The notes below the pieces were generated by a model. That model ran no database searches. It saw only the letters and a list, made by a program, of their open reading frames with translations, and had not been told where the DNA came from. From contig CT868021.1 in assembly GCA_000165425.1 (NCBI GenBank), forward strand, positions 186,001 to 250,000: a stretch of DNA of 64,000 nucleotides, given 5' to 3'. The DNA is from Paramecium tetraurelia. Its lineage: Eukaryota. Of the stretch, positions 26,521 to 38,939 are shown piece by piece (position 1 is the stretch's first letter; each line of letters opens with the position of its first letter). Position numbers and translations under genes: made by a program.

Positions 26521-27750
26521 TAATTAGTAATTAAAAGAAATTATACATTTGTTATAAATATATTATATAATTAATAAAAACCTCATTCCATCATAATTGA
26601 ATTAGCAGAATTTTAGGTCAGATGATGTATTAGCATTAGATTTTCAAAATAACTAAATTTAGAATTGAATAATAATTAGCAATATTTTTTAAATTTACAT
26701 GATACCATCAATTCAAAATTTTTGATACAAACTATTATAAATTCATTTGCATTCGATTTTTTGGATCAATAGTGGCTCAAATAAAATTCATTTTGAAATC
26801 CACTAAAAATCAAGAAATTTTAAAGTATGTATAATAATTTCTTTTGAAATTAATTTGACTCATTATAAATTTGCCTTTTCTTATATAAAATTTAATTAGA
26901 TATTTATATTGAAGAACATTGATTATTTAATTTTCTACTTTAATTAAATGAGGGAATTCTGTAAATTAAACATACTTAACATATAAATTACTTAATTATT
27001 ATAATCATTAATAACATTTTTGACTATCTTTATTATTTGATGATTCGACCTATTTTAGTATTTCAACTTTCTATCTAGATTTATCTAGATTTGGACAGTT
27101 TACAAAAGGTTAAATCACTTAAACTATTGATTTAGATAGCATTAGTTTTAGTAAATTTACAAAACCATGTCCAAATATATTAATATAAATTATCTATGAT
27201 TGTAGTTTTAATTTTTACTTAAATTCATTAAAAAAATAATCAGATATAAGGATTTGAGCAAGGACTAACAATATAAATTTTCTTTGTTTGTTAAACAATA
27301 ATATTGAAGAAAATGTTTGACTATAAAATCCAACATTATTTTGATTTGACTTTTGGTATTAACATCTATTACAGAGACATAATAATACAATTTACTCATT
27401 TTAATAAATCAAAACTGAATTGACTAATTTTAAATTCAGTATTTCCTACTTTATTCTAGTAAATTTGATTATCCAAATGTTGCACTTAGATAACTTAAAA
27501 TTGGCAATGAAATCTTATTCATGATTATATGGATTAACCATTCTTAATATTAAATTAACTAATAAACCCAGTAAAATGAAATGATTCTATTATTTGGTTA
27601 ATATTCTTTTTAAAATGTAGATTTAAATGTTCATAAAAGTAATTCTGAAATTCAGATAGTTAGAATAATAGTGTATAAAGAATTTAAAATAAAATCACAA
27701 ATATTAATCATTCAATTATTTTATATTTTTATTCATAATTATTTTATAGA

Positions 27751-28740
27751 TCAATCAAAGTATAAATCATCCAATTGTTGATCTCTCAACAATTGAATTA
27801 TTCCATCATCATTTAAGTCTTATATATCTTAGTGTTCAGCATTTGTCAGCATCAAAGGTGGATTCGAGTATTGATTATCCATTCTTTCAATAGTGCTATC
27901 AGAATCGTCTTCTTTCACTTTTTTTTTATTCACAACAATCAGATCTTCATTATCTGATTCTAAGGCCTAATATAATGATGCAGATTATCTTTTCTAATTC
28001 CTAATTAAATATGATTACTTGTAGAGGATCATCTTCCAAAGTTTGAATCTATTATTATCCTATAAAGTAATCCTTTAGCTTCTGAATCTTTTTATTACCA
28101 TTGAATCTAATTAAATTCAGAAATATACCTCTCTTGAACCAATTGATTTCTAAGTTATTGATTGCATTATAATATTTTATTATTCTAATCAATCAATATT
28201 TTACAAACTTTCTCTAACTCCTGCTATTTTGCTATTATTTCTTGAATTTATTTCTAATTAATAATAAAATTTAATAATAAACATCTTATAAATTGGTATT
28301 TCTATGTGGTTTAAGTTCCATTATTGCAAATTACTCATCATTATGTTCACCAGCCTTTCTTTTTATTTTTTTCAATAGATTTCTTGAATAACATTCAAAA
28401 ATACCTTTAGTCCTTCCTAAAATGTGGATGAATGAATTCATTTTCTTTCAAATCACTTCTTGATTTGTGGAACCCGTACATGTTCATCTATTAAATTTGA
28501 CTCTTGATATTTACTTGGCGAACAAAGGATGCAAAGTTTCTATGTTTAAAGTACATTGGAAGAACCTAATCTTAGAAGGCTATCACGTTTTTCACAAGGA
28601 AACCTGAACCATCTTCATTCCAACCAACAATATCTTACAATTAAGGATTCTTATAATAAAATTGAGCATCATACTTCCAAAATATCATACGTTTTCTATA
28701 AAAAGGCAGGTACAGACGATTGACTACGAGATTTCGACAT
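27751..28740 (-). CDS. HSF: Heat shock transcription factor (HSF DNA-binding domain plus coiled coil)
   Basis: [55 protein letters not shown]. Confidence 0.95.
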
Positions 28741-28790
28741 TAATTTATAATATTTATTTAATTAACAATCTCTTATGCAAACACATATTT

Positions 28791-28874
28791 AGAATGTCTT
28801 AGAAAATCATAGAATGTTCTATTCTTCCTTGCGATTCAAAAAATACCAAATAAACATTTACTTAAGAACCTTCT
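28791..28874. promoter_or_regulatory. Candidate heat shock elements upstream of HSF
   Basis: aGAAt-gtctt-aGAAa-atcat-aGAAt-gTTCt (28791-28820) and aGAAccTTCt (28865-28874). Confidence 0.45.
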
Positions 28875-29153
28875 CAAATCAATATTTATTTTATTACATA
28901 TTAAGCATAAATATCATCTGATTTCGAAAGGAGAATTTCAAAAATGTTGATTCTTCTCCTTTTGATTCTATTAATTTGCGTTAACTCAATCAATTAAATT
29001 ATATATATAATGGATCAATAGTATCAGATTAAATTCAGTTCTTTTTATTTCAGAATCAACACCTAAAGTGTTTATCTTTATGTTGAACTTAATTCATTTA
29101 TATAAAAATTAACATATTACTTCTTACAAATTAAGTAAAATTAATTTCATATA

Positions 29154-30103
29154 TCATTATTGCTATTTAATTCTATCCGCCCTTGATCTCCTTCTCGGAT
29201 ACCCTCCCTCATTCTCTTAATTATCAAATCTTTTCACTCTGTCTTCAATACCTGATTAATTCAACGATTTTAGTGGTGATATTTTAATTTGCTCCTATTT
29301 GTTGTCTCCTCTTTTTTCAAATTTCGATTTTTGTGATCTGTCTGTAATATTTTACAAACTTAGATCTCTATTTGTTTATTATAACAGTTTCTCTACTTTG
29401 AAAGTTTTAGGATAATGTAAAGTTTGATCATTCTGGTAATCAAATTACAGTTTTTCTAAGTACCTTTAAGTAGTTAAGTTGTTGATTATAGTATCATCAG
29501 AATTGTCTGTGATCATTTCTGAATTATTTTACAAAGAATTTTGCATTCTATATCTTTGGGATTGTAATGATTGAAAAGTACTAGTATTTTATCTACATAT
29601 AATACAATGCAATAATACAATGAATCATTATCTGTTAAGTATTGAAATGCTTTTGTTGGAAAGAAGAGTGTGTATATTTCTTCGCTTTCTTTTGAAATTC
29701 TCTCGTTTATGATATTGTTCATCTCTTCTTCATCAATTATCTTATTCTTTTCATAAATAACCCCGTATTTTTGAGTACAACCTTTTAGATCCATTTTTAT
29801 CGAGTCATCAATTCCAAATTTATCGATTAATTTATTATATTGTGTAATCATATTGGTTAGACAACTTTAAGACATCCCATATTTATATAGACACTTCAAA
29901 TATCTTTGTATAATTTATTTATTTTACTTACGATGAATTTTTTAATATTTTGCATCAATTATTTTTACATTTTACATCAATTAGCATTATTAATTCAATA
30001 CCTATTCCTTTAAGTATTTATTTTCTCTTTCTAATTCTTCCAGCCTGCTGATAAATCTGTTGAGTTAAATCTGTAAATCCTTCAGGTTTTAACTATCTTA
30101 CAT
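29154..30103 (-). CDS. Hypothetical protein with N-terminal coiled coil
   Basis: MQDSQNLKDLQIQLNRFISRLEELERENKYLKEQ. A 26-nt intron near 29594-29619 restores the frame to TGA at 29154. Confidence 0.7.
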
Positions 30104-30137
30104 ATTAATTTTAAATTATAACAATCATTTTTTATAT

Positions 30138-31608
30138 TCAATCATTATTTTTTGTAGTAAAAAGTTTAAAATTTTTCAAATGCGCACCAATCCTCTTCTT
30201 TTATTGATTATGCCATTGTCTATAGATTAATTTCTTCAACTATACATCTGGGCCCATTCTCTATGTCCTAAGTCATTTAATTCATAAACAATTTATCAAT
30301 ATGAAAAGAATCTATTTTGTATTTAATTGGCATTTTTCTTATGAAACCCTAGAGCCAAGGATGCTATAAGATTTCTATTTTAAATTTGATTTCATACTTT
30401 TGCCGCATAATCGCTCGTCTACATTTTTATTGCACAAATTAGATATGAGATCAACTAAATTTTTTGAAAAGAACTTAGGAAAACTGACTTGTTTAGACAA
30501 AATATTTTTAATCATCTCTTATCTAGTTTTGGCATAAAATGGAGGAATTCCAGCAACCATCTCATACAATAATATACCTAATTAATAATAATCTATTGTG
30601 TAGTTATGTCCTTTCAATGATATCATTTCAGGAGCCATGTATTCCAAAGATCCACAAAATGAAAAATTCAGATCCTCTTGACTTTCAACAATTTTACTTA
30701 ATCCAAAATCGATTAATTTAGGATAGCCATCCAAATCAATTAAAATATTCTCTGGTTTTAGATCTCTATAAATGATATTCTTAGAATGAAGATATTGAAT
30801 GGCATCTAATATTTATACAAATATCCATTTGGCTTGATCTTCACTAAATCTTTTCTGATTTCTCAAATGATAATACAATTCTCCACCTGGACAATAATCA
30901 AAAATAAAGTATAGCTTCGATTTCTACAAGGTTAATTAAATATCATACTGATTAGAAAGCAGCATGTAAACTAATTATCCTTTTGTGATTTAATTGAGTA
31001 AGAATCTATCTTTCCTTAATAACTAAGTCTTCCTTCTCATTTTCTGCCATTAATTATTTGTCAGTAACCTTCATAGCATAAAACTATCCATTTTCTTTAT
31101 TTCTAACTAAATAAACAACAGAAAAGCTGCCAGCACCTAATTTCTTTATTATTTCAAACCAGTCTATATTAATAGGTTCTTTCAAGCCTTTACGTAATTG
31201 TGGAATTAGGAGAACTCCATTTAAGTTAGGTAATAATAGGTGTAAACAACTTAGTTGATAATCTAGGTGAATGTTGTTAGTTTTGAATCCAACAATATTA
31301 AATGGATCATAGTTTAAATCTAATTAACTAAATTTCCTTATGACTTCTGATAGTAACCATCCACAAGTGACATAAGGATCTTTAAGCTAAATACCAATCC
31401 ATCGATCATTGACAGTTTAAACTCTGATTACATTGATAACATTTTTAGTAGTTAATGATCTGAAAAGTTCTAAATGATGTTCTGAATTTTCAATATTTTC
31501 ATTAGTTTCTTCATCATTTTGCGTTCTATGAATTGAACTGAATTTTGGTTTTAGATTGGGTAATGAACTTTTCAGAGTTTCTTTAACAGGGAATTCTTTA
31601 TGAATCAT
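30138..31608 (-). CDS. AGC-family Ser/Thr protein kinase
   Basis: [60 protein letters not shown]. Confidence 0.93.
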
Positions 31609-31775
31609 GAAATAAATTAGAATAAAAGTATTCAAATTAATAAAACATTTAAATTATATACATATTAAGATTTCTTGGTTTTGATTTGCTGTTAAATTAG
31701 GAGAGAATTATGTGTTTCGGTAGTGATTCAGCCTTAATTAATGAGTTAATTAAATTAGAAATTATATTAATATCT

Positions 31776-32461
31776 ATGTCCATTAATAATAGAGGTTTAT
31801 CGAAAGAATTCTAAGAGCGTATTATTAATGACTTGGGCATAGTGGAATGCATTGATTATCACGATGGAACATGCTTGTATGCTTCTTTATTAAGACTACT
31901 TTAATTAATCCCAAAATCATACAAATACTATATTCCGATACATCTAATTCCATTTCTCATCTTCAAAAGGAAGAGAGTGATGTAAAGGTAGAAAATCAGT
32001 CAATTTATTAAGACCTGTGAAGACTATTTCAGTTGCATTTTATAATTATGCCAAATCAGTTTTATTTGTATCTCTTTACGTTGCCATTTGCAAATATGTC
32101 CTATGTAAGCTGAAAAACATTCGATAAAAAGTAGATGGTAAAAATAATTGAGATCTTTAGGTTGGAGTCCTGCCCTTGCAGCATCAGCTGCTTGTTCAGC
32201 ACTTTTCTTAGAATCTGAAGGCAGAAGACAGGAAATAGCATTATTTATATTCCCAAAATCATTAGAAACTGCTTGGAGATTGTTAAAGAAGAGAGGATAC
32301 GTATCAAATATTAAAGGTTGGGAATTGTTCTTATTTGGTCTTGCTATGGGTATCATCAATTATTTCTACCATTACGACGTAAAATTTATATCGTATATTA
32401 GGAAGCAGCAATCAAATCCACTTACCTAACTATATTCAGAAACTTTTGGGGAGTGGATTGA
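31776..32461 (+). CDS. TMEM135/PXMP4-like membrane protein
   Basis: C..YH.GTC, YKYYIPIHLIPFLIF, SVLFVSLY, LFLESEGRRQEIALFIFPKSLETAW, FGLAMGII. Confidence 0.8.
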
Positions 32462-32527
32462 TGAAGTTACTAGTGTGTATTTGCAAAAAATATTAATATA
32501 TTATATTTAAATCAACACGAAATCATA

Positions 32528-34285
32528 TCATATTTTAATAATCCTACCTTCAATTTAAGGATCTATGACTGAACAGACTTCTCCACCTATTTTTGTTAAT
32601 CCTTTAATAATCTTATTATAATGATGAATTTGATGATTTTATAAATCCAATTGTTCAAGTGTCTTTATTTCATTTTCTTATATATTCAACAATTGCAGTT
32701 CCTCATGAAATCTACAAATGTCTAAGACCCTTAAAACAGTGGATAGAATTTAGATCTCTGCATTTTTATCAATAATGTATTGGTCATCTTGTATCTTGAT
32801 GAATCCATCAAAACCCATGGTAATATAACACTGACTGGCAGCCTTGTATACTCTATCCATTTCTAGATCTTAGCCATTTATTTTGACATTAACAATCCTT
32901 GATCCTTAAGGTTGAGTTGGGTTAAATGCGAAAGAGATACCAGAAACCCCTAAGAACCTTCCATCGAAATTGGGCCACTTTCCAACTCTTTGATATATTT
33001 ATATACTTTTACCCATTCTCCAGGATTTTAAGCAAGTCCGATCCTTTAATATTAATCTTAACTATTTAGTCTGCCATAGGGAATATCTTATCTAATTCTT
33101 TGTAAGTAATAATTCCCTTATGAATAACATCATCAGCCCTAAGAGTGCCGCTGTTAAAGAACGAGATTTCAGCATCTAACTCATATCTTAGGATATCTGC
33201 ATAGAGATTGGCTAAATTGGTTTCTTTGTTTCTGACTTCGTGGAAAGTACACTCAAGATCACAATTAGCATAGCATACAATTTTAGCTTTTTCTATTTAA
33301 TAATATTAATAACAAATACAATTGTTATATTCTTCAATTTTTGAATCTACATAGAGTCTCATCTCCTAGTTTTGTGGAATTGAATTGATGATATTAATAA
33401 TGGAAACCTAGACATGAAAGTCTTAACTCAAAGTCAAATCATGTTGTAATTCTAGTATTTATTTATCATTAGAAAAACTATCATAAATGAAATTGTTGAT
33501 TAAATCTTTATTTGTAATTTCATTTAAACTTATTCTTATGATACCTAAATTCTTAAAATTAGTTCCACTCTTCATAAATAGACTCTATTTAATTTTCTCA
33601 CAATATATCATATGATCATGTCCACCCAACACCAAATCAATTTTCTAACCAACAAGATGATGAATCAGATTATGATCATTAGGAACTCGCATATGAGTCA
33701 ATGCTATTATGAATCCACACTTTTCTTCTTCTCTTAAATATTTGACTGTTCTCTCTGCACAATGCAGGTAATCTTCATAGGCAATAAGATTCTGAGGGAT
33801 TTCAACTATCTATCCAAGCCATTCTTCTTCAGCCAAACCCACAAATCCAATTTTAATAGGTTGATTACCAATAGTGCATTGCTTAGTAAAATGAGGCAAT
33901 GTATGAGCAAAGTTTTGATTGGTTTCTGCATTAAAAACATTGGATAAAACCCAAGGGATATTGGATCTTTAAAATAATGATTCAACATGTTCTAGTGTGT
34001 AATCAAAATCATGATTTCCTGGACATGCCACATCAATTTTGAATTTTTGGATTGGAAACAACATTTGATCACCTAAAAAATAGAACTTACAATACCCCTA
34101 TATATATTTGATAAGGCAGATGGTGCAAAAATGTCACCACTAAAAAGAGTGAGTGTATTAAAATGCTACTAAAATTAATTGAGGACATGCACGAATCTAG
34201 AAGCACCTGCAACAGGATCTTTTACTTATTCTTGGATATCGTAAACATCATTAAAATGAAGTATAAACAAGTCATTATTGTTCAT
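32528..34285 (-). CDS. 5'-nucleotidase / calcineurin-like metallophosphoesterase with 5'-NT C-terminal domain
   Basis: ILHFNDVY, LFSGDIF, PGNHDFD, IALTHMR, VLGGHDH, ETNLANL, FNSGTLR, GRFLGVSG, GFDGF. Confidence 0.92.
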
Positions 34286-34348
34286 GTTTTAATAAAGAAT
34301 TAAGCTTAAATTATTATCAATAATTAAAATTAATTTAATTAAAAATAT

Positions 34349-34354
34349 AAAAAA
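34349..34354 (-). terminator. RNA polymerase III oligo-T terminator of the 5S gene
   Basis: T6 run immediately 3' of the 5S sequence on the minus strand. Confidence 0.85.
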
Positions 34355-34474
34355 GGGTTGTCAACACGAGGACTTCCCAAGCGGTCCCCCACCTTAGTAC
34401 TAACCTCGCCTTAAGCCGCTTAACTTCGGAGTTCGAATGGGATCCGGTGCTTTAGGCTTAGTATGGCCGACAAC
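34355..34474 (-). rRNA. 5S ribosomal RNA
   Basis: Reverse complement GTTGTCGGCCATACTAAGCC...GATCCCATTCGAACTCCGAAGTTAAGC...TTAGTACTAAGGTGGGGGACCGCTTGGGAAGTCCTCGTGTTGACAACCC. 120 nt with paired ends. Confidence 0.98.
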
Positions 34475-34537
34475 GATATTTACTATATGGTTTACTATTT
34501 AAATGGTTGTTTTTATTATTATAATATAAATATTGGT

Positions 34538-35274
34538 TCATGCAGAATCATACTCTATAAGTTTTGTCTTCTTTTATACAGGCGGTTCTGGTATATTATC
34601 ATCATCATCACTCACAAGTGGTTTGAAACTCTTTAGATTTGGATTTTTTATTTATGAGTTGTTTTCTTCTTTGTCAACCTTTTAAGTTTCTTCCTTATTA
34701 TTCTTATGATTCAAATCCTCTAAAAACTAAGGAGGCTTGATCCTTAACTTGACCACTTTGATTGACCCCACAGAGTAGACTTTATCAGATGTTTGAGTCT
34801 CCTTTTAAACAACAATCTAAGGTGTACTATCAATGGTTAATTCAGATCGTCTTTATTTGAATTGCTTAATATGTTCTCTTTCAATTTTTATTTTTCGATT
34901 TTCTATTTCCCTCAATTAACCATAATACTAAAAAAAGTCGAAATCTTCTTCATTAAATATTTCCTATTTAAATCCGCTCTCTTCAACATACTCGAGGTTG
35001 TCTATAATAGAAAATATTGATTCGAAGTACCTTCATCTGTTAAAGGCTTGGTCTTTTCATAAATGTTGGGTTTAGTTTGTTTTTTCCTTTGCATCTTGGT
35101 TACTTCTGGTCTAAGCAATTAATCTATCTTTTCTTATTCGACCATTTATTCTGAGAGAGTCAAGAAGGATAGCTTCTTTTCCTAAACTTGAATTGGTTGA
35201 TCCCTCTTTACTTCCTAAAATTCGAGTCCATCTTTGGATGTCAAAATAGAATGAGAAACAAATTTATTAGTCAT
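34538..35274 (-). CDS. FAM192A/PSME3IP1/Fyv6-like protein
   Basis: N-terminal KFVS, TLSEQM, FNEEDFDFF...REIENRKIKIERE.IKQF and C-terminal KLIEYDSA* resemble the FAM192A/Fyv6 pattern. Confidence 0.55.
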
Positions 35275-35355
35275 AATATATTATTTGATAATTAAGTTAG
35301 TATTCTCATATGGAATGTACATAAGGAAACTTCCAGAATTAATAATTTTATTAAA

Positions 35356-36164
35356 ATGACACGTCTAGTTGCCTTATGTACAATTCTCTTATTGTTGAAC
35401 TCGACTTAGGCTTACTTCATTGATAAGGCACATCGTCAACAAGCTCAAGAATTGATAAACAAATTTGTTTTCGGATTCACATAATAATTTGATGCCCTCT
35501 CCGCAGAAGGTCTGGATCACATAGGAAACATGAAACTGGCATTCGATTATTGGATAACCAAGTTTAAAATCCATGGTTTCGACAAGATGAGTGTAATTCC
35601 TTACTTCTATTAGAATAGATAAATTTTGATGTAGATCACGACATCCTTGAAATCACTCTGCCTACAGTTAATCTAGACATCATTGTTGAAGATTCCTATA
35701 CCATCCCTGTAAAAATAGAGAAGTAAATTGAGTTATGATTATTTATAGCTTAACTGCTTCAATTATCTTTGACATTGATCCAACTCGATTCAGATGTTAA
35801 GGAGTTGAATTTGATTATGATAATGTGTCCTTGGATGTGAATTTGGTTGTCCAATACTTTAGTAAAATGTTATTGTCCCTCGACATGGTGAAGAATGCTA
35901 TCAAAACAGCTGAATTGCCTATTAGAAATGTTATCGTTTAGACAATCAGAGTATATTCAATTATCATTACTCTAGAGCAATCACGAAAGACTTTATCGTT
36001 TACTCTCTGACTTAAGGGCTGGTCACTTTGATGCAGATGCTCTCTTAGCCAAACTCCCAGAAGTCCATCATACTAGAATTGATCACAGAGAGTACCTCAT
36101 CAATGTCAGAACCATTTTTGGATACGAATCTTAAAGAGAAAAAGAGAAAAAAGTAGATTTATGA
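35356..36164 (+). CDS. Signal-peptide protein with C-terminal KVDL; possible BPI/TULIP-like fold
   Basis: Signal peptide MTRLVALCTILLLLNSTQA, helix/beta-strands/long helix pattern, three introns, ends EKKVDL*. Confidence 0.75.
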
Positions 36165-36262
36165 AATAGAGTATATATATATAATTTAAGTTTATTATTA
36201 TTTTATCATTATCTCATTTCAAATTTTATCAGATTTTAATTATAAGTTTATATTTATATTAT

Positions 36263-37940
36263 ATGAGCATCGACTATTCATATTTAGCTCCTCCTTTGGG
36301 GGCTCATTCAGTTTAACACACAGGTACCCAGAACCATTATACAATACTTAGATTATTATATTAAACATCACGAAAGAGAAAAAGGAGCTCGTAAAATTTA
36401 CGATTGTGTTCCTTACGATTCTTTTGAATAAGAGAAGATTAAAGAACTCAAACTAGAAATCTAAAAATTAAATATGTAGCTTCCATCAGAGTAAGTATTT
36501 TGTTTTATAAATCAGTTGGAAAGAAAGTGATTATTTAAAAATTGGCTACTCAGGTCGTTTCAAAATGAAGGAAGTTATTAAAGTAAATAATGAAATCATT
36601 ATTACTCTAGAAATTGCAATTGCATTTATCTTGGAGAGCCAATCCAATATATCATTAAATTAATCCAGCAACTGAAAAATTTCTCAAGGATGGTATCTGT
36701 TATATATTTGGAAGAGATAAACAATATCGTCCCATTGTTATTTTGAATGCTCATCTCATTGATTTAAAGAAAGTATAACTCCAACTATTTTTATATAGTA
36801 TGATAAAGAAACGATAATTTAGGCATTGTCATTTCAGATGGGAATAATTAAAAAACACATGTTCATTCCTGGCAAAGTTGAAAATTGGATATTCTTATTA
36901 GAAAGTAATGGTTTGGGAGTTTTTGGTTTGCCAACTAAAGCATTATAAGTGGTCATAGATACTATGAGCACAAACTTCGGTGGTTGTTTGGAAAAGATGT
37001 TTATTTTAAACCCATCTTCAGGCTTGAACTTTTTGTGGAAAACAATATCAAGCTTTTTGGATCCTGAAACTGCAGAAAAAATCAATTTTTTATAAAAGAA
37101 AGAGTTTATGAAATTACAGTAAATTATTGATCCAAATCAATTAGAATAAAAATATGGTGGAACTTAACCCAACTAAACTACATTCTGGTATCTATATCTC
37201 ATTTAAATAGGCCCCCTTACAATCTAGATTTAATTGATGGAAGAACTGTTCCTAAATAAAAATAGCAAATTGATCAGTTTATTCCTATTAAAAATGAGGA
37301 GAAATAGATTCAAAGAAATGAAGATCCTTATGATAATGTTGAAAATAATGTCAACGACTTTTTTGAAACCTAAAAATAATTGTATAACTTTGAACAAAAG
37401 AAATCAGCAGAATTTGGATAAGCTCCTTTACAGAATTATTAGGAAGAGGAATAACCTTAAAAATAGGAATTGAATGATTAAGATCAACAAAAAGAAAACG
37501 ATTAACATCATTAACCTTTAATTTAGGAAGGCTAACAACAGTAAGAAATTGAGCAAAATCAAAATCACTAAAATCTCTAATAGAATTCAAATTAACATGT
37601 TGTTGAGGAGAGTAAGGAAAGGGAAGATTAAGATTAAGATTAAAAAAAATTATAAAATGAAGGAATTATTTCTAAACAGGAACCTGAATAAGAAGTTTAG
37701 AAACCACCTGAATAACAAGATAATTAATAAAAATAATAATAGAATTAAGAATAAACTCAAAAAGTTGAATCTGATGTTAATAATAATAAAAATTAACATG
37801 AAGAAGAACTTTAAATTGTAAGTAATGCATCAGCTACAAAAATCATATAACCAGAAGAAGTTTAAGGATAAAATATTGAAATAAATTAAGTTGATCCTGT
37901 TACCAATACCGCATGTTGCAAAAGTTGTGAGATTTTCTGA
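36263..37940 (+). CDS. SEC14/CRAL-TRIO lipid-binding protein with acidic Q/E tail and C-terminal CaaX
   Basis: IPGKVENWIFLLE...MSTNFGGCLEKMFILNP...WKTISSFLDPETAEKINF...QLEQKYGG. Ends ACCKSCEIF*. Confidence 0.9.
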
Positions 37941-38939
37941 GATATTTTATAATCAAATTTTAATTATTTTATAAGTATTCAAGAATATTTTAAGTTGGTT
38001 TATTCATAATAATATGTTATTATAATATAACCAATAAGGAGTTGAGCTAAATTAATATAATTTTAGCATAAATATATGAATAAATTCTAATGTTTAAATT
38101 AAACATTCCCTTAATTTATCAACTAAAGTAATATGAAGGAATCAGTAAATTCTTATTTAGTATTATAATTGACTGATTAACAACTATCAATCAAATTTAT
38201 AATACTTAAACCATTTTTGCAAGATTATGTTGGAAATGATGAAACTCATGTATAAAAGATAGAAAAATACATTTAAAATAAATAATTGTTTTAAATCATA
38301 TTATTTGAATACTTTAAATATTTTATAGAATAAAACACAACTAATTCAATCTTTGGTTACAATAATTTACAACTCTTTATAGGGTGAATATTCATCAATA
38401 TCAAAGGTATTAAATCAATTAGAATCTGAAATGATAATTAAGATTTCCAATTATATTTTCTTAAATCAATTTTTTACTTCTACGGATTGAAAGTACTGGA
38501 TATTAATGAAGGTTCACGAAATAAATACTAAACACTTTGGTTAATGGTTGAAAAAGGGAATGATTAAGATTTGTGAATAATAATTTGATAAGATTAATCA
38601 TCCTCAATCATAACATAGAAAAATATAATGTAAATAATTACATGATATTTAGAATCTGAATTTAATTTAGAAAAACTTAAAAGATCATTAATACTCTATT
38701 ATAATCGTAATAAACTTAATTATGGTTTCAAATAAAATAAACTATGAAAATATTTTGTCATTATATCTATATATATCTATTACTTCCATTCTTTTGACAG
38801 CACACTAATAATATTGTTCAATATTATTATGATTTCCTTTTTAGACGGCAAAGCAATGACTACCAAAATAAAGTTTGATAAATGATCAAATATTTCAATG
38901 AGAATCAATATATATTTTATTATTTAACTGATAAATTAA

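Noticed and set aside
29513..29515. TGA ending track ORF 29513-29851 taken as the gene end
   Set aside because: An upstream 26-nt intron shifts the frame, and the gene continues to 29154.
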